Below are positions 1 through 12,033 of a DNA stretch of 40,131 nucleotides, in pieces. A program made the translations under genes and the position numbers. The notes beneath the pieces are model-generated. The model was not told the DNA's origin and did no database searches. It saw only the letters and a list, made by a program, of their open reading frames with translations. The first letter of the stretch is position 1, and the number at the start of each line of letters is the position of its first letter. Origin of the DNA: Nemertoderma westbladi (Eukaryota > Animalia > Xenacoelomorpha); assembly GCA_032718475.1 (NCBI GenBank), contig JAUCBJ010001974.1, positions 1-40,131 of the forward strand, given 5' to 3'.

Positions 1-54
1 TATTGGTCTGTTCAACAGTTCTGCTGTTAGTATAGAGGTCGCGGTTGTTTATCA

Positions 55-946
55 TTAACAGTTCCTTTAGGACGTGGCGCTCTATCTATTTAAACAGAGC
101 TAGGACTTATACTAAACGCAACGATAAGGCTTATGATTAAAGTATAAGTCGCATTCTTTAGGAAATGCTTTGTTACCAGTCACATCACACTCACAATCAT
201 GCACACTATTCTGCCGACCGTCAGTATTTGATCACACATAAAGAGAACAGCAATTGACTCAGGTAGTGTCTACTAAACAACATTAGATTCAATACACACC
301 ACATTGATATAAATCGCAATTGTTATATATAGCCTGTCTCTCTAACCTGTAGTGTATCAAGAAATTGGGAAATTTGGGTGATTTATCAATATTCTCCAAA
401 TGACAATATTTCATCAACAAATCGATACAATTAATAACTGACGGTAAATAGCAGTACAAACAATATGATTAGTGCAATTAAATTAAGTGAGGTAACACCG
501 CCGGTAACAGTTATACTTTCTATAATCTAAGCAGTTTTACTAGAGTTGTTCCAAAAGCCGGTGTTATGGCGAAAAATGGGAACACAACAACAGAAACATG
601 TGACTACTGCTCTATATGAAGATACCAACTCCCTTATTCCCCGAAGCTCCCGTCCAACACAGAGGATGAGCAGTGAGATAGGAAATTCAGTTCAGTAGCT
701 CTGGGATAGGTCGAAATCAACGCCTACGCAAATTCTATTGGCCGATACGGACAGCAAGGCTAAGGCAACCTCTCTAAGCTAGTTGGCCGATTAAACTGAT
801 CCCAGATATCTCCACACAGCACATCAGCCAATAAGCTGGTAGCTTGCACTATTTTAGTTATAAATCCCTTTGAGAGTATTCTAGCGACTGGGGGGGAACT
901 GGCCAGCAAAGGCAAACGTATCAGTTATCCCACAAAAGCTTTTACA
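55..946 (-). repeat. LTR-like block of BEL/Pao family A, copy 1 (element or solo LTR extends off the left edge)
   Basis: Homologous to 13342-14238 and 34980-35859 (shared CAGTTCCTTTAGGACGTGGCGC, GCATTCTTTAGGA, GTATCAAGAA-like blocks). All three end in AAAAGCYTTTACA, i.e. TGTAAA on the minus strand. Inner boundary not resolved. Confidence 0.65.
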
Positions 947-1420
947 ATATTACTTTCAATCGATTCAGCGCTCCAGAAAACCTATAAAATTTATTTAAAA
1001 TCAAAACTTTAGTGAATTTTTCGAATCTCGTATTTTTCAAAATTTGAAGTGCCACGCCCTAATTTTGGTGCACCAAAAATGGCGAACCACTAAGTCTTCA
1101 GGCTTCTATATTACTTTCAATCGATTCAGCGCTCCAGAAAACCTATAAAAATGCTTTGCAAATCAAAACTTCAGTGTATTTTCCGAATCTCGTATTTTTC
1201 AAAATTTGAAGTGCCACACCCTAATTTTAGTGCACCAAAAATGGCGAACCACTAAGTCTTCAGGCTTCTATACTACTTTTAATCGATTCAGCGCTCCAGA
1301 AAACCAATAAAAATGCTTCGAAATCAGAACTTTAGTAAATTTTCCGAATAAAGTAATTTTGAAATTTTAAAGTGCCACGCCCTAAATTTGGTGCTCCAGA
1401 AATGACGTACCACTACACTT
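947..1420. repeat. ~161-bp tandem repeat, about 3 copies
   Basis: ATATTACTTTCAATCGATTCAGCGCTCCAGAAAACC recurs at ~947, ~1108 and ~1270. Confidence 0.9.
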
Positions 1421-1745
1421 ACATACTTGTATAGAGCATTAGAGTGATCCAAACCAATGAAAATAAATAAAAATAGCCCAAACACAAATAATTACTAAAT
1501 CACGAATGACTTTGTAAAATTCGAAAATTTCAAAAAATTTGGTGCTGGAGACCAAATTTTGAGGTGGCACCCACATCGAAAAGTAGAAATCCAATTGCAA
1601 CGGCGTTTATTGCAAAAGATGCGGCATTAAATTTGACTAATTCTCACAAAAAATTGGGCCGGTACGTAATGTGGGTGCATAGTTACAGCAACTAAAAACT
1701 AGGAAGGGGCCGATTCGCCCCCCCCCCCCCCCAGTGGTAATAGGG
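947..1745. mobile_element. Right part of a piggyBac-type non-autonomous element (MITE), interrupted on the left by the family A LTR
   Basis: Ends AATAGGG|TTAA (TTAA 1746-1749), the same terminus as 33013-34575. Subterminal GGGGCCGATTCGCCCC plus C-run, and internal tandem repeats. Confidence 0.65.
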
Positions 1746-2484
1746 TTAATCGACTAGAATTGTTAAAGGATCTGAATTTTACAGATTTTGATTTATAGAT
1801 TTATAAATATTAAATAATTAATATTTGAGATGGGCACCAATTTATTCCAGAATTTGTCTGGAGACGTTAACCACTGATTCTAGAATTTGTCTTTCAAGTA
1901 TATCGGTGGGTGCCGCGATATCTTAATCGACTAGAATTACAGATGGTCAAAAGGTTTAACAGATTTATTTGCGTTTCACGCTACTGTTAGAGGGACATCA
2001 CGCTACTATATGTATTATTATATATGGTATGAGAGCAATATCGCACGAAGCAATGTCAGTGTGAAGAGGCAAGTCGTTTCCAAGGTCTACCCATAGCTTG
2101 GTTTAGCCGAGACACGAGGATCTGAACTTTGCATTCCTAATACTCTGCCTACCAATAATACTTAAATATAGTAGTGGCTTTATTGTACTTTAATAAGTAC
2201 GGACATTTCATCTTACTGTAGTCACGTATTTATAATAGGATACGGACAGTAAGGAAAGAGAAAAAATAATTATTTCTCGCCGTCGCACTAAATATATATT
2301 ATAAGTAATTACGTACGTAATAAACACTAATATATTGCACTAATCTATTAAATAATCACTAAAATAACATTCTACTAAATAAAATTAAAGAAAACGATTA
2401 TAATAAAATTACATAGATACATACATAAATATAAAATAAAAACAAATATAAAATGATATAGTCACACGCCCACTCCATATGTTA

Positions 2485-4170
2485 TTACGTTATGGAGTCC
2501 CTAGATATTTGTCGGATTAGGGAAGTGGTCGTAGGAAGAGTATCTTGCCTTCCATAGTTTCCGGACAGTTTTCGGTCTCTTTCCAGTAAACATAAACGAC
2601 CAGCTGGGCGATTGAGTTGTTGTGTTACTTTCTCCGCTCCCTTGGCCTGTCTAATCTCCGCCGTGGTAAGATGAGGAGGCCATTCTTCTTCTTCTTTACT
2701 TACGAAGTCGGATCCACCTAACCAGCCTGGAGTATCTATCAGTTCTTGAGGAGTTGCTCCTCTGGAAGCAATGTCGGCTGGATTAATCGTCCCAAGGCAA
2801 TGTCTCCATTGATCTACATTGGAGTTAATATCGTCATTATCTGAGGAGTATGGTGTTCCCTCAGTTAGTTCGTCCACCTCACTGCTCTCCACTTCCCATT
2901 CCTTTACTTGGTATACCTGTTGTTGAGGTAATCTCTCTTTGAGAGTTCTACGGGAAGGGCCAGTGAAGTACCAACCTACTCTAGTTCTTACTGCATAGGT
3001 TTGTAGTGGCTGTGGTTGAGCAGGCCGTTTCTCCAATGTCTCTAGCGCCTCATGCGCGTTTTGGCCGATGAGTATTTGCACTCCAGGATAATCTGTGTGG
3101 AATCGAGGTATCTTAAGCCGCTGGATGCTCTCGTCCTCGTCCCAGTTATAAGGTTCTACTTGGGTAGTAGCGAAGTTCTTTATAGCCACCATTTTTACTG
3201 ACCTTATACTTTGTTCTCCTAATTTATCCTGGGGGGTGGACAACGCACCTACATAGTAATCTGCCGTTATGGTAGATTTCCAAACCTGCATAATTCCTGA
3301 CATATTCAACTTAGTTCGGAATTTGGGTTGTCCAGCAAAGATTTCTTCGGCTAGTTCTTGATCGATGAATGTTCCTGTGCTGCCGGAGTCAAGGAGGGCG
3401 TTCACTATGTAACTTTTGTTAGGACCGTGAACTCTTACCTGCACTACAGGAAATTCTCTGATTCCTACGTTGGAAGTTGGAGGTTTCCAAGATGGTTGTC
3501 TGTCAAAGGTAGTTGGGGGGAACTCATTGTCGGTGTCCTTTTCATGCGTAAGTGCTCGATACACTGCGGTATTTATTAGGTAACAGGATTCGTTGGCGTC
3601 GGAGAATTCGTCCGTATAGAATCCTTCCATCTCAGATTCTTGATCAGTGTCATTTACATCACTGAATTGGACATGTAGTTCGGGCTCACTTACCTGACTC
3701 GGGTTGTTTCGTTCGAATTCACTGTGTAACAAGATGTGATGTTTCGCACCGCACTTTGCACACTTTACGTCGGAGTAACAGGTTCGCCGTTGGTGTCCTT
3801 GTCTGAGGCAATTATAGCATAACCGCTTATCCCACATGACTTCACGTCTGTCTACCAGGGATTTCTTTAGGAATTCAGCACACACACTCAAACGGTGGGG
3901 CCCGTCGCACAGCGCACATTTTGGTTTGATGTTACTCACTTTACCTTGGGTAACGTTATGCACTCTCGTTCTTTCTTCGGGCTTTCTTCCGTGAATTCTC
4001 TTAGGAGACGTAGGAGGAGTTGTTGTTACCTGTTCTCTCCTGTCACTGGTTCGAGACTTATATTTACTTACGTCTTTATAGGTCTTGTTGTCATAGTAAG
4101 ATTTTGCTGTGTCTTTCCCGCTGTCCTCTTCTTGAGAAGCTTGGCTTTCGCCGTCGTCAGTATAACACAC
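2485..4170 (-). pseudogene. BEL/Pao Gag C-terminus (3 Cys/His knuckles) + aspartic protease fused to RNase H and integrase remnants
   Basis: CALCDGPHRLSVC, CYNCLRQGHQRRTC, CAKCGAKHHILLH; ALLDSGS protease motif; WRHCLGTINPADIASRG (end of BEL RNase H); RPAGRLCLLE (BEL integrase tail). No RT motifs. Confidence 0.85.
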
Positions 4171-4205
4171 TGGTGTTACCCTTCTCCTAGAAACGGGTTT
4201 CTCAC

Positions 4206-6470
4206 TTACCTTATTTTCCGATGTTTTCTCTCTGGACTGCCCTGAATCTCATCGGAAAACTCTATAATCCCGCTACTAAGGAACTTTCGGGGGGCTACTA
4301 ATTTTGCATACAAATACTTAGCTATGTTATCCTTGTTACCATACCTGATGTTTAATGTATCCCAAACTTGTCTTAATCCGTCTGGATGTCCAATAAACTT
4401 TAACGCCATTAACTTGGGAGGTCCTTCCAAGCACTTGATGAGGAATCTAAGTTTCTCTCCGTTAGATAGTACAGAGTTCTGTATGCTATCTTTGTAATAT
4501 TCATTAAAAGGTAACCATTTCATCTCATCTCCATTGAATTTGACGATTTCTCCCACTTTGACCGCTTGGCGGGCTTCTGTTCTAGCCATCTGACGCGTAA
4601 AGCTTTCTTGGGCCATCGTGTTATTTAATATCGAATTATCGGTATATAAATTTCCCGGATTATTATCAGGTCTATAGGGAATATCATCAAGAACAGGTTT
4701 ATAATCACCCTTAATAGGGTTTGCTATAGGAGTTTCTACTTCACTAGCAGTATAGATGCGTGTAGGCTCCACACCTTGCGCATGTAATACTTCAGACCTA
4801 ACAGGTTGACACAATGTTACAGGGGGTATTGGTATACCCTTTTGTATATTGACTAATTTGTCGCGTTCTAGCGCGATACTTTGCTGCACTTCTTGCAATT
4901 CTAACATACTTTCCCTTACTGTTCCCTTGAGTTGGTGGACAGTCTCCTGCATCTGTCCGAGCAGGAGATTCATCCCCCGCCGTCCCTCCTCTACCCACTC
5001 GACCGCCGAAGCGGGAGTCGCCAACATTGTAGCGGGCAGACACGGGATGACGGGAGACAAATCTTTGATTTCTCTCTCAGTGTCCAGGACAGGGATATTC
5101 GCATGGACTGTTCTACCGGGTACGGGCAGTGTAGTACTGTGTAAAGGGAATTTAGAGTTAAGCTCTGGAAGTACAGGGGTCTCTAGCACAGGAGTGGCTT
5201 TGGGAACGACAGGACTAATTATTTCAGGCTCATCAACTATGGTAGGGAGTCTTTTGACCTTAATAATTTGGTCTGTGGGTTCTGTACTACCTAAGTCTGT
5301 GCTAGCTAGTTGTCTTCTAACCGCTGGGGGCAAATCAGGCAATTTGTGACGGTGAGATGTTTTTCTACGCCTGCTTAGACGAGATCTATTTCCTCCGCCT
5401 TCAGGATCGGTGGTCTCGCCTTCCTCCGATGATGTGTATCCTTGGCGTTTGGGAGTAGATCGACTCATCATCTGCATTTGACTAGCAGTTAACTGTTTAT
5501 TTATGCAGTCTTGCGTCTCTTGCAGATTTTCCAACTCCAGTTGGGTAGTCTCCTCAGACGCTCTCCGTTCTGCTTCTGCCACTGCCTTTGCCGCCTTTCT
5601 TTCTGCTTCTGCTTCTGCCATTGCCGCTGCCGCCTTTCTTTCCGCTTCTGCTTCTGCCATTGCCGCTGCCGCCTTTCTTTCCGCTTCTGCTTCTGCCATT
5701 GCCGCTGCCGCCTTTCTTTCCACTTCTGCCTCTGCCATTGCCGCTGCTACTGCTGCTGCCTTTCGGTCCTCTATCCATTTTTTCTTTACTTGTTCTTCTT
5801 GGACTCTAGCGAGGCGGAGTTTTTCATCAAATTTAGCTTGGTTCGCAGCTAACATTTCCGCATCGATTGCGTCCAACACAAGCTTGGTTCCTTCACTATT
5901 AGGGCGAAGTCCAGACAGTCGTCTCCTCAACTCTTCGTCTCCTAGGAATCGCTGATAGTCTGACAGATAGATGTCAATGGTGTCTCTAGTTCGCGGCTTC
6001 TCTGCTGCTGTTAATTCGCTTTCCACTTCGCTTTCCACTTCGCTTTCCACTTGAGAAGAAGTGGCGTCGGTTGATTCTTCATAGGTTGGCCGCTCATCAT
6101 AAACCGTATCCGCCATCTTCGCTCTGCGTTCGGGCGTCCGCTCAACAGTATCCGAACTACTGGAGCTATCGGGCCGCTGAGAACTAGGTTCTTGGCTAGG
6201 AGGTTGCTGCTGTTTGATAGCTGCTTCTTGATCCCGCTTGACTTGGGCCCGAGTGCCGATGATAGACCTACGCTGTTCTACTAGCCTAGGGTCTGACACT
6301 ACTACTGTAGGGATGGCCTTTCTTACAATAGTAGGTGACTTAGACTTGGATCTAGGATGTTCTATACTTTGATCTTGGTCACAGATCCTTTTAATACGCT
6401 GTCTAAGTCTAATACTCATTCTAACACTTTCTAAGAGACTATCTGACAGTGATTGGGTTGCGTCTGACAT
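4206..6470 (-). CDS. gag: BEL/Pao Gag N-terminal part (Ala-rich helix + DUF1759-like capsid start), frameshifted by a deletion
   Basis: 754-aa ORF with KFNGDEMKWLPF...EKLRFLIKCLEG...LNIRYG, typical of BEL gag. Lacks ~210 bp (29683-29895) present in the paralogous copy. Confidence 0.8.
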   Translation of the reverse strand: MSDATQSLSDSLLESVRMSIRLRQRIKRICDQDQSIEHPRSKSKSPTIVRKAIPTVVVSDPRLVEQRRSIIGTRAQVKRDQEAAIKQQQPPSQEPSSQRPDSSSSSDTVERTPERRAKMADTVYDERPTYEESTDATSSQVESEVESEVESELTAAEKPRTRDTIDIYLSDYQRFLGDEELRRRLSGLRPNSEGTKLVLDAIDAEMLAANQAKFDEKLRLARVQEEQVKKKWIEDRKAAAVAAAMAEAEVERKAAAAMAEAEAERKAAAAMAEAEAERKAAAAMAEAEAERKAAKAVAEAERRASEETTQLELENLQETQDCINKQLTASQMQMMSRSTPKRQGYTSSEEGETTDPEGGGNRSRLSRRRKTSHRHKLPDLPPAVRRQLASTDLGSTEPTDQIIKVKRLPTIVDEPEIISPVVPKATPVLETPVLPELNSKFPLHSTTLPVPGRTVHANIPVLDTEREIKDLSPVIPCLPATMLATPASAVEWVEEGRRGMNLLLGQMQETVHQLKGTVRESMLELQEVQQSIALERDKLVNIQKGIPIPPVTLCQPVRSEVLHAQGVEPTRIYTASEVETPIANPIKGDYKPVLDDIPYRPDNNPGNLYTDNSILNNTMAQESFTRQMARTEARQAVKVGEIVKFNGDEMKWLPFNEYYKDSIQNSVLSNGEKLRFLIKCLEGPPKLMALKFIGHPDGLRQVWDTLNIRYGNKDNIAKYLYAKLVAPRKFLSSGIIEFSDEIQGSPERKHRKIR
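5566..5760. repeat. 39-bp coding tandem repeat (EAEAERKAAAAMA)n
   Basis: About 4-5 direct units; a related array lies at 31261-31500. Confidence 0.9.
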
Positions 6471-6605
6471 GTTTGTTTACACAGTTGAATGCCTACGGCT
6501 ATAAATACAGTTAAAGCAAGTCTAGTAATTCAGTATCACTGTTAGCCTAATAATTAATTACCGATACTGCTACTCAGTGTAGCGTGATATATATATAATA
6601 TATTA

Positions 6606-6853
6606 GAATACCGGTATGCTTATAGTATATATATAAGTATTATTACAGACTAGATTTGTCACAGAGTACCGGTATATAATTTTAGCACAAATATATAAAT
6701 ATATAATAGGCCTATCGTGAATACCGGTATGCAGCTTACACTTATAGTATATATAAGTATAATTATGAACTAGAATTGATTACAGAATACCGGTATGATT
6801 TCAGCCCAAATTTATAGAAATAAATATAATAAGCCTATGGTAAATACCGGTAT
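6606..6853. repeat. ~118-bp duplicated unit with five TACCGGTA palindromes in the family A leader
   Basis: TACCGGTA at ~6609, 6667, 6723, 6788, 6846. About one unit is present in the paralog at 32810-32945. Confidence 0.75.
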
Positions 6854-7899
6854 GTCAATTATTTTAAATAATTGAATTTCTGAATTTTAAAGGTTACTTA
6901 GTTACTTTAACTTACTTTATTACCGTTATTTAAGCAGTAGTCCAACTGATATTGAGACCTAGTTGTTGTATGGCAGGCCTACTATTTATAAATCGTTTGA
7001 GTTGATTTATAATATATATATACCCGTTTAAAATGGGTTTTGTCAATATTTGAAATAAATGTTATTATTTCTGGGGGAGTCACTACACAGAAGCTGTGCG
7101 CTCTCAGTGAAGTGCTACTTATTGGACACTAAAACAGATAATTCTAATTTACCTAAGTTACTTAATACTACAATTACGTACAATTCGGGGTGAGATTACA
7201 ATCTCTAAATAAACACAAAAAATTACAAAAAACACAAAGACGAATTTTTAGGGTAATTTTACAAGAAGTCTACAAACCAGCCTAACAAAGGGTTAGAAAT
7301 CTGGTTATTACAAACGGACAGGATACTACGGTATTTGAAAATAATAAGTAGTAGTAAATACACTGCGTTGTCCAGATAGGAAAATACCACCGCCTGACGA
7401 CCTATAGCCGTATCGCTATAGGTACTACGTTATGTATCACGGAGTGTCCCTACCTAGAAGTTAATTACCGCGGTCTACCAGAACCAACGTGCCTATTAAC
7501 CACTTTACAACACAAATATACTGCCTACACACTAATTACTTTCGGAAAGCACTGTACACCAAACCCTAAATTAGGTACAAGTACTTATAAAACAGATAAC
7601 TAGCAGTTAAATATACTTGAACAGTTAAAAGAACCACGGCATCTGCTGGAGTGACCAGAGCACAAAGTCACCAGTCTTTACCTACGCCAAGCAGCCCGTG
7701 TAGTACCGGGGTTAATTTAACTATAACGGTATGTATAACAAGCACAATTACTGTAGGAATAAACTTGGGGACATGAATGTTGTGAATAATCGCATAAACT
7801 CTGAATAATAAATATTACGCTACCCGTACAGAATACTCAAACAAAATACAAACCAAACGCTGGCAGACTACTATCAAGCCTAAATAAACTACAGTATGT

Positions 7900-8099
7900 T
7901 GTGGCAACCCGCATACATAACACATGTAATATACAGTCCCGAAACTTTGTTATTACGGTTGCCTAGCAACCCTAGAGATTGAGTCTAGGCCCACCTACAT
8001 AATGGTACAACAGGACTGCAGTATGCCATCAGCGATCGCTCGAACTTGAATCCGAGTTTTTCATACGGTTTTATTTCGTGGCTAGACGCCATCTCCACA
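7900..8099 (+). repeat. Gypsy 5' LTR
   Basis: Identical to 12034-12233 except one base seen by eye (GAAACT vs GAAACA). Confidence 0.97.
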
Positions 8100-8100
8100 A

Positions 8101-8114
8101 TGGTGACCCAGCGT
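8101..8114 (+). promoter_or_regulatory. Primer-binding site, tRNA-Trp-like
   Basis: TGGTGACCC starts 1 nt after the LTR and is complementary to the ...GGGUCACCA end of eukaryotic tRNA-Trp; the match degrades after 9 nt. Confidence 0.7.
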
Positions 8115-8205
8115 CTCAGGACGAACTCTTGAGACCGCGACTCGCAACACGCAGACACGATCCTGCAAGCAAACTGGAACTGCCACCGAAACTGTGTTGA
8201 CGACA

Positions 8206-8910
8206 ATGGCCGAAGCGACCGCCAACGCCGTTTCTATTAAACTGCCTCCGTTCTGGACCACCCAACCCGAGGTGTGGTTCGCCCAGGCGGAGGCGCAGTT
8301 CCACATTCGTAGCATCACCGAGGATGCTACAAAATATTATTACGTGGTGGGGGCCCTCGACCAGGAGACAGCCGCTCGCCTCCTAAAACTCATCCGGAAC
8401 CCTCCCGCTACTGAGAAGTACCTCAAACTCAAGGGCCAACTTCTCAAATCCTTCGGGCTCTCCCGACGCGAGCGCGCAGCCCGACTCTGGGACCTCGACG
8501 GCCTCGGTGACCGGCGCCCCTCGCAACTCCTCGGAGAAATGCAGGCGCTCCTCGGCGACGACAACGCGGGACTCCTCTTCGAGGAGGCCTTCCTCCGGCA
8601 GATGCCCGCCGCAATCCGCCTCCAACTCGCGGAGGAGGACTTCCGCGACCTCGACAGGGTTGCGGACCGGGCCGACGCGCTGTGGGAGGCCTCCCGGCAG
8701 ACCTCACTCGCGGCCCACGCCGTCAGGAAACCGATGCCGGTCCCGCCGCAGCGAACCGGCAAGAACACCTCGTCGGCGTCGACTCCCGCCCCGCGGGCCC
8801 CGAACTCGAACCCGGACTGGTGCTATTATCACCAGACGTTCGGCCCCACAGCCAGGAAGTGCCGCCCGCCCTGCAGTTACCAGGGAAACGCCCCGGCCGG
8901 CCGTTTGTAG
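8206..8910 (+). CDS. gag: Gypsy Gag
   Basis: First ATG at 8206; KLPPFW...[10 protein letters not shown]-terminus; atypical knuckle [19 protein letters not shown]. Confidence 0.92.
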   Translation: MAEATANAVSIKLPPFWTTQPEVWFAQAEAQFHIRSITEDATKYYYVVGALDQETAARLLKLIRNPPATEKYLKLKGQLLKSFGLSRRERAARLWDLDGLGDRRPSQLLGEMQALLGDDNAGLLFEEAFLRQMPAAIRLQLAEEDFRDLDRVADRADALWEASRQTSLAAHAVRKPMPVPPQRTGKNTSSASTPAPRAPNSNPDWCYYHQTFGPTARKCRPPCSYQGNAPAGRL

Positions 8911-8928
8911 CAGCTGCAACGGCCGGCC
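8883..8928 (+). promoter_or_regulatory. -1 programmed ribosomal frameshift signal
   Basis: G_GGA_AAC in the gag frame (8883-8889), 5-nt spacer, stem GGCCGGCCGTT/AACGGCCGGCC (8895-8928). Pol is in the -1 frame. Confidence 0.88.
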
Positions 8929-11900
8929 ACACCGACCTGCTGCTGTTTGCCTGGGACCGCGTTTCCGGGCAACGCTTCTTGGTCGACACCGGGGCGGAGG
9001 TGAGCGTTATTCCCGCGATGACTCGCGAGGAACGTTCGGGACAGAGCGGGCCGCCCCTCCTCGCCGCCAACCAAACGTACATTCGAACGTACGGCGACCG
9101 CTCCGTCAAACTCGACTTCCACTCCCGCTGGTTCCAGTGGAAGTTTATCGCGGCCGACGTCGCCCAGCCTCTCCTCGGTGCCGACTTCCTCCGAGCGAAC
9201 AACATGTTGGTCGACCTGAGAGGCCGTTGTCTGGTCGACGCCGAGACGTTGACCTCGATCCCGTGCGGGCGGACTACGGGCCACGCCCCCCACCTCGGTT
9301 CGGTCACCGCCTCGGACGACGAGTTCGCTCGGCTCCTCGCCGAGTTCCCCGATATTAAAATCCCTCGGTTCTCCGACCCCACCGCGAAACACGGGGTCGA
9401 ACATTACATCCCCACCGAGGGACCCCCGGTCTACTCCCGCGCCCGCCGTCTGCCTCCAGACAAACTCGAGATCGCGCGGGACGAGTTCCGGAAGATGGAG
9501 GAGATGGGGATCATCCGCCGGTCCAACAGTCCCTGGGCGTCGCCCCTCCACATGGCCCCTAAACCCTCGGGTGGATGGCGGCCGTGTGGCGACTACCGAC
9601 GCCTCAACGACGCCACGACTCCGGACCGGTACCCCATCCCCCATATCCAGGACTTCTCCTCCAGACTGGCTGGGGCGAAGATCTTTTCTAAGATCGATCT
9701 GGTGCGCGGCTACCACCAGATCCCCGTAACCGAGGCCGACATCGCCAAGACCGCGGTTATAACCCCGTTCGGCCTGTTTGAATTCCTTTGAATGCCGTTC
9801 GGGCTGAAGAACGCGGCCCAGGCCTTCCAGAGACTGATGGACACGGTGTGCCAGGGACTCGACTTCCTCTTCGTCTACCTAGACGACGTCCTCGTCGCGA
9901 GTCGGTCCCCCAAGGAACACCGTGACCACCTCCGTCAGCTCTTCATGTGCCTCCAAGAGCACGGCCTCGTGATCAACCTCGCCAAGTGCGAGTTCGGTCG
10001 GTCGACCATCGACTTCCTCGGCCACCGAATCTCGGCCCACGGCGCCGTCCCGCTCCCCGACAAGGTCGCCGCCATCCGGGAGTTCACCCAGCCGACCACC
10101 GTCAAGGGCCTGCAGGAGTTCGTGGGGATGGTGAACTTCTATCATCGGTTCGTCCCCGCGGCCGCCGCCATCATGCGGCCCCTCTACGCGGCCCTTGCCG
10201 GTAAACCCAAGTCCCTCGACTGGACCCCCGACATGGCGGCGGCGTTCCGGAACGCCAAGGAAGCCCTCGCCAACGCCACGATGCTCGCCCACCCCAACGC
10301 CAACGCACCGACAGCACTCACCGTGGACGCATCCGGCACGGCGGTGGGCGCCGTTCTAGAACAGCTCGTCGGCGACTCGTGGCGCCCCCTGGCGTTCTTC
10401 AGCCGCCAACTTCGACCCCCGGAGGTGAAGTACAGCGCGTTCGACCGGGAACTCCTCGCGCTATACCTCGCTGTTCGCCACTTCCGGTACTACCTGGAGG
10501 GCCGCGTATTCACCGCCTACACAGACCACAAACCCCTGACGTTCGCATTCGCCAAGATCAGCGACCCGTGGTCGAATCGGCAACAACGACACATCGCCTA
10601 CATTTCCGAGTTTACCACGGCGATCAAACACGTCGCCGGCAAAGACAACTGTGTGGCGGATGCGCTCTCCAGGACTACCGTCAGCGCGGTTCGAACCCTC
10701 CTCACCGGCCTCGACTACACGGCTATGGCGGCTGCCCAACTCGCCGACCCCGAGCTGCCAACCTACCGCTCCGCCGTGTCCGGCCTCCAACTGGAAGACG
10801 TCCCGCTTGGCTCCGCCAACGCCACTCTACTTTGCGACGTTTCTCTCGGACGCTCGCGCCCCGTCGTCCCCGTCGCCTGGCGACGGCGCGTTTTCGACGC
10901 CCTACACGGCCTGTCTCACCCCGGCGCTCGTACCACCAAGAAACTCGTCGCCGACAGGTTCGTGTGGCACGGCCTCCGCAAAGAGGTGGGCGAGTGGGCG
11001 AAGACCTGCGTCCCTTGCCAGTCTTCCAAGGTGCAACGGCACGTCCGCGCGCCCCTCGGCACCTTCGCCAACCCCCACCGCCGGTTCGACCACATCCACG
11101 TGGATCTGGTCGGCCCTCTACCACCATCGCGCGGGTTCACTCACCTGCTAACGATGGTAGACCGGTTCACTCGGTGGCCAGAGGCCGCGCCTCTCAACCA
11201 GACCTCCACCGAGACTTGCGCCCGGGCTCTCATCTCCAACTGGATATCTCGGTTCGGCGTCCCCGCGGATCTCTCCTCCGACCGCGGTTCGCAGTTTACC
11301 TCCCAGCTCTGGTCCGCCGTCAACCAGCTGCTGGGCACCCAACTGCACCGCACCACGGCCTACCACCTGCAGGCGAACGGACTGGTGGAACGTTTCCACC
11401 GCCACCTAAAGTCCGCCCTGCGGGTCGACGAGTTGCCGTGGGTCCTCCTCGGAATCCGGACCGCTCCCAAGGATGACTTGGGGACCTCCTCCGCCGAGCT
11501 GGTCTACGGTGCCCCCCTCACCGTCCCGGGCGAGTTCCTTCCGCCGGCTACAGGCGCCCAGCACTCGCCGTCTACGATCCTCCCCCAACTCCGGGATACG
11601 GTCGGGCGGTTCGCTCCGGTACCGACGTCACGCCACGGATTGACTCCGTCGTCGGTTCCACCGGACCTCCACGACGCTACCTACGTTTTCGTCCGGCGCG
11701 ACGCCCACCGGACGCCATTCGAACGCCCCTACGAGGGGCCTTACAAGGTCCTCACCCCCGGACCCAAAACATTTAAGATCGAGATGGGCGGTCGAACTGA
11801 AACGATTTCAGTCGACCGACTCAAACCGGCCCATCTCGATTTTGCCGAGCCGGTCGTCCTCGGCCAACCGCGGCGCCGAGGTCGACCCCCGAACACACCT

Positions 11901-12008
11901 CCGGTACCTCCTACACCGCCGGTACTAACGCAAAGACCACCAACCCCAGCCCAACCGCCCGTACAAACTCGATCGGGCCGGACGGTCCGTCCACCCGAAT
12001 ATCTATAA
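8886..12008 (+). pseudogene. pol: Gypsy Pol (PR-RT-RH-IN) with one in-frame TGA at 9789-9791
   Basis: LVDTGA; GLFEFL*MPFGLKNA; YLDD; DASG and YSAFDRELLA; H-x3-H...CVPC; DLVGP, DRGSQF, VERFHR. Confidence 0.95.
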
Positions 12009-12022
12009 TACGTTTCGAGACT

Positions 12023-12030
12023 GGGGGGGG
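12023..12030 (+). promoter_or_regulatory. Gypsy polypurine tract
   Basis: G8 run 3 nt before the 3' LTR. Confidence 0.85.
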
Positions 12031-12033
12031 TCA

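Noticed and set aside
1985-2466. 3' LTR of family A
   Set aside because: It has TG...CA ends and follows a PPT-like tract, but no second copy or TSD is in the window; left unassigned.
9789-9791. Programmed readthrough or selenocysteine TGA
   Set aside because: It falls inside a conserved RT motif at an Arg position; CGA>TGA is the simpler explanation.
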